DNA of 63,035 nt, counting the filler, from Reticulomyxa filosa (taxonomy: Eukaryota; Protista; Foraminifera): NCBI GenBank assembly GCA_000512085.1. It is 15 parts of 15 records of this genome, joined end to end, with 100 filler letters (N's around TTAATTAATTAA, not from the genome) between each part and the next. Parts side by side here need not be neighbours in the genome. Positions count along the whole stretch, not along the records: positions 48,937 to 57,546 come from ASPP01017936.1; positions 57,647 to 59,365 come from ASPP01006216.1; positions 59,466 to 63,035 come from ASPP01015117.1; 12 more parts are not named here. The stretch is one strand, 5' to 3'. Below the pieces are notes generated by a model. That model was not told the origin of the DNA and did not search any database. It saw only the letters and a list, made by a program, of their open reading frames with translations. Each line of letters starts with the position of its first letter. The stretch's first letter is position 1. Made by a program: the position numbers and the translations under genes. Shown piece by piece: positions 50,791 to 61,707 of the stretch.

Positions 50791-51267
50791 AAAAAATAAG
50801 ACATTTCAACTAAGTGTATTGCAAAAAAAAAACAACAAATTTTGATATTATTTGCGGATTTCTTCAGTCAAACTCAATCTCGTAACTACAATATTTTGGA
50901 AAACTTGTTTAAACTTGCAAGTCAGTATCGTAGTTTTTGATTTGTTCTGTAAATTCGTGATTACATTCAATTTTAGATGGCTCTATTAGATTTACAAATG
51001 AATCTCAAAACGACTCCCTTTCTACTCCAAAAAGTAGAGATCTTATCAATAAAACAGACAAGTCACGACTGTCTGAGAAAGATATTGCAACTCGCAACTG
51101 TTTGAACAAGGCAAACTGCGTAGAAGAATGAAAGAAGATATGGTCGTGACATTAACTTTTTCTTACACAACTTTTTTTTTGTTGTATGATGTTTTGTTGA
51201 AGGATGAAAAAGTATTAAAGTGAACAATACGAGACGAATTGTATGGTTTACAAAAAAAAAAAAAAAG

Positions 51268-52345
51268 GCTGACAATGAGATAGCAACAATTTTACAACGA
51301 TGGCTTAGAACAGCGTCAATAAACCTGGGATGGATCAACGATTTCAACAAAATTGTTGCGCGATATACTCAAGTTTTCCTCATTGACAAAATTTCTGTAT
51401 ATTTTGATGTAACACCTGCAATTCTAATATCGCTAAAAAAAATTCAAGGGCGAACACTTCAAGCTATTAGGGGTAATCAACGGACATTCCAGGGCAGTGA
51501 CAAGTGTAAATTTTTCCTCAGATGGTACTAAAATCGCTTCAGCTTCATGGGACACAACAGTTCGAATATGGGATGTGGCATCGATGAAGGAAATTGATAG
51601 ATTATTAGGACATTACAATTGGGTAAATGATGCAAATTTTTCATTGGATGGGAAGATGGTGGTATCTTCATCCGATGATCAAACAATACGATTATGGGAT
51701 ATAAGTTCCGGACAAGAGATGAGAAAATTAAGAAGGGCTGAACATAGCATAACAAAAAGTAAATTTTCACCAGATGGAAATACTATTGTATCATGTGAAA
51801 AAACAATAATTCAACTTTGGGATGTAACATCTCGACAAGAATTGAAAAAAATGCAAGGACATACAAATTTGGTAACTGATGTTGAATTTTCACCTGATGG
51901 CAAATTTATTGTATCTTCTTCGAATGACAAAACAATTGCGATATGGAATGTGCTATCAGGCCAAAGAGTACGCCAATTGCAAGGACATTCAAGTTTTGTA
52001 TTAAGAGCCAAGTATTCTTTAGATGGCTCCAATATTGTATCTGGCTCTTATGATGGAACAATTCGAATATGGGATGTGTCATCAGGAGCAGAGTTGGTGA
52101 AATTCCAAGGACATTCCGATGCGGTAAGCGATGTGCAATTCTTGCCAGGAAAGAAATTTATTGTATCATGTTCTTTTGACAAAACAATTCGGATTTGGGA
52201 CATCAGGTCGAGACACGAAGTGCAACAATTGTTACGACACAGAAAAGATATAACGGCTTTGGATGTGTCGCCAGATGGCAAAATGATGGTGTCTTCTTCT
52301 GAGGATGAGACAATCATGTTGTGGGCAAGAATAAAAACAATATAA
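51268..52345 (+). CDS. lineage-expanded WD40-repeat protein (7 repeats; 5' exon uncertain)
   Basis: EIATILQRWLRTASINLGWINDFNKIVARY exon, intron 51373-51448, then in-frame GH...FSPDG...D.TIRIWD repeats to the stop at 52345. Confidence 0.88.
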
Positions 52346-53749
52346 TTGTTTCCACTCGTTGCATTTTGTGCTTGTTGCGTCTTTGATTATTTTAAGTAAT
52401 GTTACTGTTAATCTTACATCCGTTTTTTGGATGGTCTGAAGATGTAAGATCATAACGCAATAAGATGTAATTGTTTGAGCAAATTTCAATAAAAAAAAAT
52501 GAAAGATAAAGCGAAATAAAAAAAAAGTTAAAAAAACCTGTTTAGACTTTCAATAATAAGTGGTTTTGTTTAAAAGTGTTATAACTTTGCTCCCATTTCT
52601 AATCCTGAAGTAAAGTTTTCTAATATTGCTGCAAAATGCATTTTAGTTTAGTGAAAGAAAAAGTAAAACAATAAGAAGATAACCAAGACGAAGCTATGCT
52701 CGTCTTAGCTTTCTCTTTCAATTTTGCGTATTTAAATAAAGTTACAACTTTTGTATAGATATACAGCCCATTAACCCGAAATCTCCTATCGATGCTAACA
52801 TATTCAAATTGACTGTATTATACTTTAAGAGATTTGCTTGCTGATTTTCTTTCGAGGGGTTACAACGGTTCCTGTTAAAAACACCGAAAAAAGCGAGTTG
52901 CTGGTGATCTATGTAATCAATTTTTATTTAAATTCATGATGAAATATCGATAATAGACTGAAAATTATTAATAAAAAGTAAAGTAATAATTTCACTCGCA
53001 TAACTTAAAATTTCTTTGTGTAGGATTGATACTTATATTTATTGTAGATTGTTTTGATGACATCTAATTTTTATATTAAAAGTAATAATGAAAAATATTT
53101 TATAATCGTCTTGATTTAAATAAAGAAAGCAAAGTAATTGCTACTTGTAGTTATATGAATGAAACTAAAGTTATGTTGTTTGGCTGGATTAAAATCAATG
53201 TATTTATGGCCACTTACAAAACAACAAATGCATATTCATATTGTTGTGGTACCGAATATCGTTATTGTCATCATTGTATTATTATTGCTATTATGTTTGG
53301 ACTTTATTTTAGCAAATTTTTCATATGATGAAAATATACAAAAATTGTACTTGATATTATTACTGGAAACCTAACACTAATTTTGGTCTTGACAATAAAA
53401 CCTTTTAACAACAATTCGAAACACATGTCTCAATTTACTTGTTAATTCCAAATTATCAATGAAGAGCTAGTTATTATCAAATTTATTATCAGCGAATCCA
53501 TAACACATTAATACTATAAATTTGAAATCAATATTGTCCAGAATCATTGAAGCTATAAAATCAATGAAAAAGTTAACATCACAGCAGTAAATGAAATTAC
53601 TATAATCAACTCAGCAAATGTCAATATGCGCAATGGAAATTCTCATGAGATTTAGATAATTCATTTCTTTAAGAAACCAACTTTGAAATGCCAATTTAAA
53701 TCAAGTGAATTTTTATCAAGTTGATTTCACAAACACACCTATTAATAAC

Positions 53750-54050
53750 ATCTACTTTGGCGAACATGCCTATTTGAAGTTACAGCGGATAGTGTAACAA
53801 AGTGCAATTTTCGCCAGACTGTTCAAAAATCGTGTCATGTTTAGATGATAAAACAATCCGGCTGTTGGACGTGTTGTCTGGAAACAAACTCGTGTATTAG
53901 AAGGGCATTCTCATTATGTCATGACAGCACAATTTTTACCAGATGGTTCTAAAATTGTATCTTATTCACGAGACAAAACTTTCGAATATGGGACAAATCT
54001 TCACGACTACAAATTCAATCGTTGGAAGCATATCAAGGAAAATAGATGCA
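53750..54050 (+). pseudogene. WD40 relic
   Basis: VLEGHSHYVMTAQFLPDGSKIVSYSRDKT flanked by frameshifts and stops. Confidence 0.7.
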
Positions 54051-54370
54051 AACAAATTTGACTCAATATTTGTTATGCAGGAAATTTTTCTAATACCAAA
54101 CTGTGTTTTGATAGGTTTTTATTTGTCGGGATCTCCTTTCTTAAAACGAAAGAAAATTCCTCGTTTTAATTATAAAGAGAAAGTCAATTGTAAAGGACAG
54201 ATAATTAGAAATCTTTTGTCTGTTGAAATGAGCCATCAATTTTAAAAAATAAGGCCAATTTGCCAAAGTTTAAAAAACTATCTAATAAAAACACAATGAT
54301 GACAAACATTTTGCCTTTGTGTTTTTGCGGTGGACCTTTTTGTTTTTATCTTTGATAACGGAGATTTTTC

Positions 54371-56453
54371 ATGATGGCAGGAAAAGAAAGCATTAGAAGT
54401 TTTTTATCAGTGCTGAGACCAGCTTATGTTGAGACTGTGTTGACCGAGCTCTTCGATAACATAGCGTGTGACGACACCGAAGCCGTGGCGTCATTATCGT
54501 CAAACAGATGGAAGATCCTGTTCAAAAAAATAGCACTGCCTGAGGGACAGCAAAAAAAGTTGATCGATGCGGTCAACAAGTTGCGTCTCCGAGCGAGTTT
54601 GCCTTATTTTCTTGTTGAAACTACTATGGTTGACATTGAAACATCGGAGTTAAACTTTATCCGAGCAGAAACCTTAGAGCGAGTCAAAAAAAAAAAACAA
54701 CACACTTACATTTTTTAAAATTCGTTTGTGTATTGCAAAAAGTGCAAACCCAAATCCATCATCGTCAGTGCTGATATCTTGTGGAAACGGGGACAATGAT
54801 ACGTATACCGAAAAGATCAACAATTGTGAAAGTGCAAAGATGGTGTGTTTTAAAATTATAACAATATTTTATATTATTAATTATAAATAAATAAAAAAAA
54901 AAAAAAATAGAGTGCTCCAAAAAACGAAGAAAAAGAGAAAGAAGGAGAAAGTGTAAAAGACACTAATACTGGTAAAGCGAATCAATTGAAAAACCGAATC
55001 GAAATGCGCAAGCCGCGTCGGTATCAAATGGAGAACATTCGCTCAGTGGCTCAAGATTTAGTGTGTAACATGAAAAAAGAGGGAGTATTTGCAATATTTA
55101 AACGACAAGACGAGATTTGGACGGACTCGGAATTTTTGGGCGTGATATTGGATGGCAGTATTCAAAAGGCGACTGCTCTCGCGTCCGATTTGCAAAGCTG
55201 TGACTTGATATTTTTGCTATCAATTCCGCAAAACATACTCGAAACTATGTACGACGTAACGGCAGACGACTGCGTATACTACCCCTTCTTTTCCAGGCTG
55301 TCCACGATAGTAAAGGAACGGGCACAACAGGCTCCGTTTGGAGGCTTTCATATTAAACATGACTGCGGCCGCAGACAAGCACCTTACATGTCGATCGTAT
55401 GGAAGCATGTGCATTTTAACATCTTCGTGGCATTTCATTGTCCACTGTTTTGGAAAGACAATAGTCACGAGCTTTGGAAGGTTAACATTTGGGAAGACCA
55501 AATTCCTGAAAATTTGATTCAAGATTTTAATCGTGATACTGTCAACTCTGCGTATTTGTCATTAATGAAAAAAATTAATGGTGCCGACAAAGGTACCAAA
55601 CGCTTATTTCTATCGAATCTAAGCCTTTGGAACTCTGTATTATCAGTTTATATACATATATATATTCCTTTTTGAGGTGTTGGTTAGACACATAATGATA
55701 CTTACAAAACTAAAACTAACAATAAATAAAATAAAATAAAATAAAATATAGATAAACTACGTTAAAAAATTACCATCGATGTGTAGAGATGTAGTAGTTT
55801 TGCTAAAAAAAATGTGGGAAGAAAAAAAAAGGGGCAAACAGTTCATTCAACTACCAAAAAGCTATTCCTTGGAAATAATTGCCGCATGTGCGTACAATTC
55901 CAAGCCAAGGCAAGTATTTGTAGACGATACCGCCATTACTGCGTTACTTATCGATATGCTTGACTTAATGATTACTTGTGCTTCGTCCGAAGAGGACATT
56001 GTTGTCACAGCACAAGAGAAGCTTACACAAAGCGAATTTCTACAGAAAAAAACAAATGGAATTTGATGGTAATTCGGAGCAAGTCTTGGCAAAGAACTTG
56101 ATTAACGATTTAAAACTTGTTTATCCGACCAAAAAGTATTTATTATTGATCCATCTTTTTCATCAAGTTATGTGAATTTAATATCATCTTTACAATTTTT
56201 AATACGTCCCTAAAACATTTTAATCAAACAACATTGTATGTTCTGTATTACAAAAGAATGCAAAGATCAGTTTCTTCCAATCGTAGAACGCGATTTCACA
56301 AGATGGGCTGACTTAGCAGTTGAACTTGAGTCGTTCAGAGATATATTGCAACGCTATGGACCACGTGCCATTCTTTTTGCATTAGAAGGACCATACGCAT
56401 TTCTTGAGGCCAATGCTGACCTACAAAGTAGTACCACGAAGACTAGCAAATAA
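54371..56453 (+). CDS. SAM-domain plus OAS-like (2'-5' oligoadenylate synthetase/CD-NTase superfamily) nucleotidyltransferase-fold protein
   Basis: Predicted exons 54371-54678, 54743-54842, 54911-55636, 55752-56166 and 56257-56453. SAM-like N-terminus; DGSIQKATAL..SCDLIF; VHFNIFVAF; YVKKLPSMCRDVVVLLKKMW; LPKSYSLEII; FIIDP; RWADLA. Two frameshifts in A runs in exon 4. Confidence 0.75.
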
Positions 56454-57546
56454 ACGCGAATATTAATGAGGAGTTTATCATCAGCTCAAAAGTATGACTA
56501 TTGAAATCACAATCGCATATTCAAAAGAAAAGTGAAATAATTTAATCAAATTCAGAAATTATTTACACACATTATCCAAAAACAAAATTAGACCTTTATT
56601 TGGACCATATTATAAATTAAATCACAATTTGATTTCTTTTTTTTATAATACAATTACATATGTTTCCTTTGCTAACATAAAATTTATCATTATTCGATCG
56701 AATATACAAAGAACGAATTGTGTTATCATACAGTATATTGCAGAAAAAACTGCAATACCTAAATGGCATTATATGAATAAAATCAATTTTCTCCATGAAA
56801 AATAAAGATTTAAACATAATTTTTTAAAATATACTAATATTGTAGTTTTTAAATGAAATTGGTTTTACAATAAGTTTTTTCTATGTTGATCAAAAATATG
56901 ATTTTTTTAAATGATTTTTAAAAATTTTGAATGAATTCATATAAATTAAACCTGTATTGCAAATAAGAAATTTTTAAATCTTTTTGTTTTCATTTTAGGA
57001 ATATTCAAGTCACATAGATACTTTTTTTAAAAATTAGCCTTGTATCTTTCATAGTTTTTAACAAAATTTTAAAACATTTTTTTTGATTATTTAAAAAATA
57101 TTTTTTTGTTGAAAACTTGTTTTTTGGTAATGTTTTATCACTTTCACGCAAATTAATTTTTGTTTCTTCTGAAAAAATGACTTTTTTAAATCATATACAG
57201 TCTATTGTTTATAAATTGCGAATTCTAACTTTGCTTTGATATGACTAGAATCTAAATATGGCTTTTCTTCTTAGTTACTGTACAAATCTCAAAATCGAAG
57301 GAAGCTCTTACATTAAATTTCTTTGCTACGATCGAATACTAGCTCCACCAACCAGCATACTAACAGCAACTCCTTTCTTAAAAGCAATCAAATGTTTCAC
57401 CATTTTAAATATCAAAATTTTGAAATGTTAATTAAAAATCTCAACAATAAAGAAAATTAGCAAAAAAAAAAGGAATTTAATATTTAAAAACTACAAGATT
57501 AATAGATATTTAAAAAAAAATTAGGTTTAAATCTTTATTTTTCATG

Positions 57547-57646
57547 NNNNNNNNNNNNNNNNNNNNNNNNNNNNNNNNNNNNNNNNNNNNTTAATTAATT
57601 AANNNNNNNNNNNNNNNNNNNNNNNNNNNNNNNNNNNNNNNNNNNN
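57547..57646. other. artificial contig-joining spacer
   Basis: N44-TTAATTAATTAA-N44. Confidence 0.98.
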
Positions 57647-57675
57647 TCCAAAAAAAAAAAAAAAGGTCCTTTCCA

Positions 57676-58200
57676 TCAAATTATAATTTTCTTTCTTTTT
57701 TTAAAAATAAATAAAATAAAAAAAATACACACAAAAGTATGATAGATTGCCTGAGGCTTGGCTTCTGCAACGTCGTCTGCGCTGGGACGTGCTCTGGCTG
57801 GTAATGCTCCACATACAACGCAAACAGGCATCGCGTATGGGTTTTCGGCAAATGTGCATATTTCGCAACGCCACATTTTATTCGAACCCATCACTGGACT
57901 CGCCTGTGTCGCTTTTGATCCTTTTTTCATTACACTGTTTTCTATTGCCTTCTTTTCCTCTGGCTCTTGTTGCTGCTTTTTCTCTTCCTCTTCTTTTGCT
58001 ATTGCTGTCACACTTACTTTTGTTATGGCGTGCGAAGACTGCGGCTTCGTATTCTTACCGATCGCAATCACCTCTCTCAGCTCTTCTAAAGAATCGTCAC
58101 TATTATCATCATCACTCTGCTCTGCTTCTTTCTCTCCTAGTGTTCTTGCAGTATCCAATATCTCTGCTTTTTCATCTTCTTCTCGTTCTATTCGTTTCAT
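57676..58200 (-). CDS. RanBP2/NZF-type zinc-finger protein (3'-truncated)
   Basis: WRCEICTFAENPYAMPVCVVCG after an acidic N-terminus. Confidence 0.75.
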   Translation of the reverse strand: MKRIEREEDEKAEILDTARTLGEKEAEQSDDDNSDDSLEELREVIAIGKNTKPQSSHAITKVSVTAIAKEEEEKKQQQEPEEKKAIENSVMKKGSKATQASPVMGSNKMWRCEICTFAENPYAMPVCVVCGALPARARPSADDVAEAKPQAIYHTFVCIFFILFIFKKRKKIII

Positions 58201-58828
58201 GTGTGTTTTCAATTAATGTGAACTTTTTGAGATAAATATAATACATACGCACGCCCGTGTCAAACGGTCAATACCGCTTCCGTTTCTGTCAATTTTTTAT
58301 TTGCAAGTTTTTCAGAGTGAGAGAAATACAGTGTAATATATAATTCTGTTCTTCAAAGAAAAGTGGTTGTACTTCTGTATCCTTGAACTTTTTTAAAAAA
58401 TATTTGGCTATTTGTTTGATTAGACTTTAAAAAATTACTACTCTTTTGGTGTACAGTTTTATTTTAACATAACAAAATACGTACTTTCATTTCTGGAGCA
58501 GATGAGAAAAAGATCTTTTTTTAGTTGAAAAATTTTTTTAGAATTTTTGTAAATAAACCCAACACATTGTAAACAACGAGATTGTGTTTATGATTTCACA
58601 GTGGCAAATAATCTTTTAAAGACCTTTTAACTTTACTTCAATGATACAGTTCTTTATGCTAAAAGTTCTATTTTTAAATTAGATACAAATGAGAAGTAGT
58701 TAATTTGCGAGTTATATCATTTTGGAAAAATTGAATAATTAATTCATCCAAAACGAATAAATTAAACAAAAGACTAAGGTAAAAGAAGTTTGTTTTTGAA
58801 GGCCCAGGTCAGAAACGACTGCATAATC

Positions 58829-59365
58829 ATGTCTGTACCAGTTGAAAATGATGAAGCAATCAATCTGTTGGTAAGAAAGTTTATTAACGTAGTGTGGATT
58901 ATAAACAAAGGATTGTGTGTCACAAAAATAAAAATAAAAAGCCAGGAAGCCAGCGAAGTGAAAACACAACAAATCAAGAAGGGGAACCCGATAGCTTTGA
59001 ATGTGGAGAATCGGCATTTGGACAGCGAATGAACTTTAAGACAAGAAAATGTGAAGATGTATGGGCAGCGATTTTGTGGATAGCAATGATGATAGGGATG
59101 TTTGTGGCATTGATTGCATTGATATATGATGGAAATGTATCCACAAAAACTTCTTCCCACCATTCACGTGATGTTTTGTATGACGTCGCAATTGTAATTA
59201 TCTCAATAATCACCGCCATAGCCATTGGTTTTATGTGGATGGGAGCACTTCAAAGGTCATATATACATTTAAATGTATATTTATTAATTATTCATAGTCT
59301 ACCAAAGGGTCTCAAAAAAAAAAAAGATGACAAAGCAAAAAACATACAAAAAAAAAAAAAAAAAA
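58829..59365 (+). CDS. choline transporter-like (CTL/SLC44/Pns1) membrane protein, N-terminal part
   Basis: Exon 58829-58870, intron to 58941, then RKCEDVWAAILW followed by two transmembrane helices. Confidence 0.7.
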
Positions 59366-59465
59366 NNNNNNNNNNNNNNNNNNNNNNNNNNNNNNNNNNN
59401 NNNNNNNNNTTAATTAATTAANNNNNNNNNNNNNNNNNNNNNNNNNNNNNNNNNNNNNNNNNNNN
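59366..59465. other. artificial contig-joining spacer
   Basis: N44-TTAATTAATTAA-N44. Confidence 0.98.
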
Positions 59466-60302
59466 AAAGGGGGGGGGATAAAAAGCTTCGCAAAAGCGCA
59501 CAAAATAGAAATGACCATTGCCAGGGAGGAGGATTTGTATAAGAGATATAAACAGTATTAAAAAAAAAAAAAAAAACGTGATAGAATCATCCACATTTAT
59601 GGTGACAAGATAGAAAGTGTAAATTTGGACGCGGAAAACGCATAAGGGGTTACATTCAATTTCTTTTTGAACTAAAGCGGGATCAATTTGGGCTCTGTGC
59701 TGCTTCGGGTGATACAGACTGGGAGTAGTGTCCGAATTGGGATACGCTTTATCGATCATCACCAAATCATCACTGGTCGAAATGGCGTGCAATGAGCTCG
59801 GATATGTCGCAGCTTTTTTCTCCTTTTCTGACAATGACAGGTACATCATGTTCGATACGTCCCAACGTGATTTGGGCTTCTTTTTATCGTGCCCTTTTGC
59901 ACTCAAAAAGTGCTGCGGAGGTGGCGGAGGGGACCGTCCCCACTCTGGTGATGGGCTTTGTGCTCGCTCATTTTCGTCCATTGTCTTGGTTTTGTCGTCC
60001 TCCGACTTCCAATCCTCTCTCTTCACATTGTTGCTGCTGCTGTTATTGTTATTGTTATTGTCATTGTCGTTATTAGTATGTCCGTTCTCATTACCGTGAA
60101 GGTGTGACAGCAATGGCAAATCTATATCCAAATCCATGTCCTCCTCCTCCTCCTCTTCCGCTCCTGAAAAGTCGTTGTTCTCATCTTCGCCGTTCGTATA
60201 AATCAATGCGATTTTCGCTGTCACTGGCTGTCCTTTCAGTGGTTGCACTGCTTTTAAAAGTGAAGGAGGCTCTGGTGATGGCGATTGACTGTCATACGCC
60301 AT
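59466..60302 (-). CDS. hypothetical low-complexity protein (3'-truncated)
   Basis: MAYDSQSPSPEP start; acidic, Asn- and Pro-rich with a KKKPKSRWD (ULM-like) motif. Confidence 0.55.
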
Positions 60303-60843
60303 TTTTATTTTTATTTTTATTTTTTTTGTATTCAAAAATAAAAATATATTATTATTGAAATAAACCTTCTTTATCAAAGGTTTTATTAAAACACAACCCC
60401 TTTTCAAAAAAAAAAAAAAAGCTGAACTTACTGCGTTCATTCAATAATTTGCATTTTTTGAACTTGGTTTGGTTGACTATCCTTTGTGTCATAAAAAAGT
60501 GCAAAACATCATTCGACAGTGCTTACCATTTAACTCATTGTGTTCAAAGTACATTGCAACGAAATACAAAGTTTCAATTGTAGAATTTCTTAAATTTGGT
60601 TGTAAAATGGGGTTTTTTTTTTGAAAATGTCAACAAAAAGTCACTGGCACGACTGCCATCAGCGACAAACGTGAAAATAACTCTTCAATTTTGTTTTCTG
60701 TGAACAGTGTCTAGCGCCACATGGAGGCACCAAAACAAACAAAAAATTTACCAAGTGCAGGCGAAAAATTCAACCATATAAAAAAATTTCGAGTGTGTGT
60801 TTATTTGTTTTATTTTATTTTATGTTGTTTTCAATTTTTTTTT

Positions 60844-61666
60844 TTAATCCTCCACCTCGATTCGCAGTTGTTGCTCGTGACGGTGTTTGGATGACTCTGA
60901 CAAGGAAGAATAAGCTCCGCTGTCATAATAGTTTGTTGACGCAACTAGTTTTGATTTTGCAGAAAGCGGTGGTGAGGACCATTTGTTCATATTCTTGAAA
61001 TACGAAGGATATTCGGACGACTCAAATATGGCAATAACTTCCGCGTCACGGGATGGACCTTTAATGTTCCATGGAGCACCGTCCAAAGCTTTGTTTTGTT
61101 CATCATGCGAGTCCTTCAACTCCATCCATTCACGTCGCATAATCTTGAAGAGTGCTCCGTACGTATGTTCAGTCTTCAAATTGAATCTGCGCGCCAGATA
61201 TTCTCTCAATCGTCGCCACGTAATTTTCTCTTCGCCTTCGTCATAAAGCACGCGAATGTGGCCATCAGGAGGCCAGAATTCCAACTCCACGTTATCGCTG
61301 GTCGTGGTGATTGTGGTCGTCCCACTACTGCCGGAATTTGCAGTGTTGCCGACATTGGGACTTGGTTCTTGCACTTTTGGTCGAGCCAAGAACACGTGCA
61401 AAAACAATGCAAATTTGGAAATGTGAGGTAAGGGCTCTGGCAATACCTCTACAGCCAAGAGTACAGTTTTGTCGCTTTCCCACTTTCTCTGTTGCAAATG
61501 TGTGTACGTGTGTATGCGTGTATGAGATATGTGTTATTCGATAGTCACAATTGCAAAACAATATTCCACCTCTTTATTGTATTATAAAAAAATATAATCT
61601 GTGTAAAGACAAACAGTCTTTTCATAAGCTATAAATATTATATAAATATTATATAAATACATATAC

Positions 61667-61707
<41 letters not shown>

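Noticed and set aside
14965-56453. A single defence system linking the YkuD-like, PUD-papain and OAS-like genes
   Set aside because: They lie on three different contigs; co-occurrence in the window is a product of concatenation
1298-59465. Recurrent TTAATTAATTAA flanked by N runs as a biological repeat or CRISPR-like array
   Set aside because: Fixed 100-bp artificial linker with six-frame stops; it also rules out gene-neighbourhood claims across contigs
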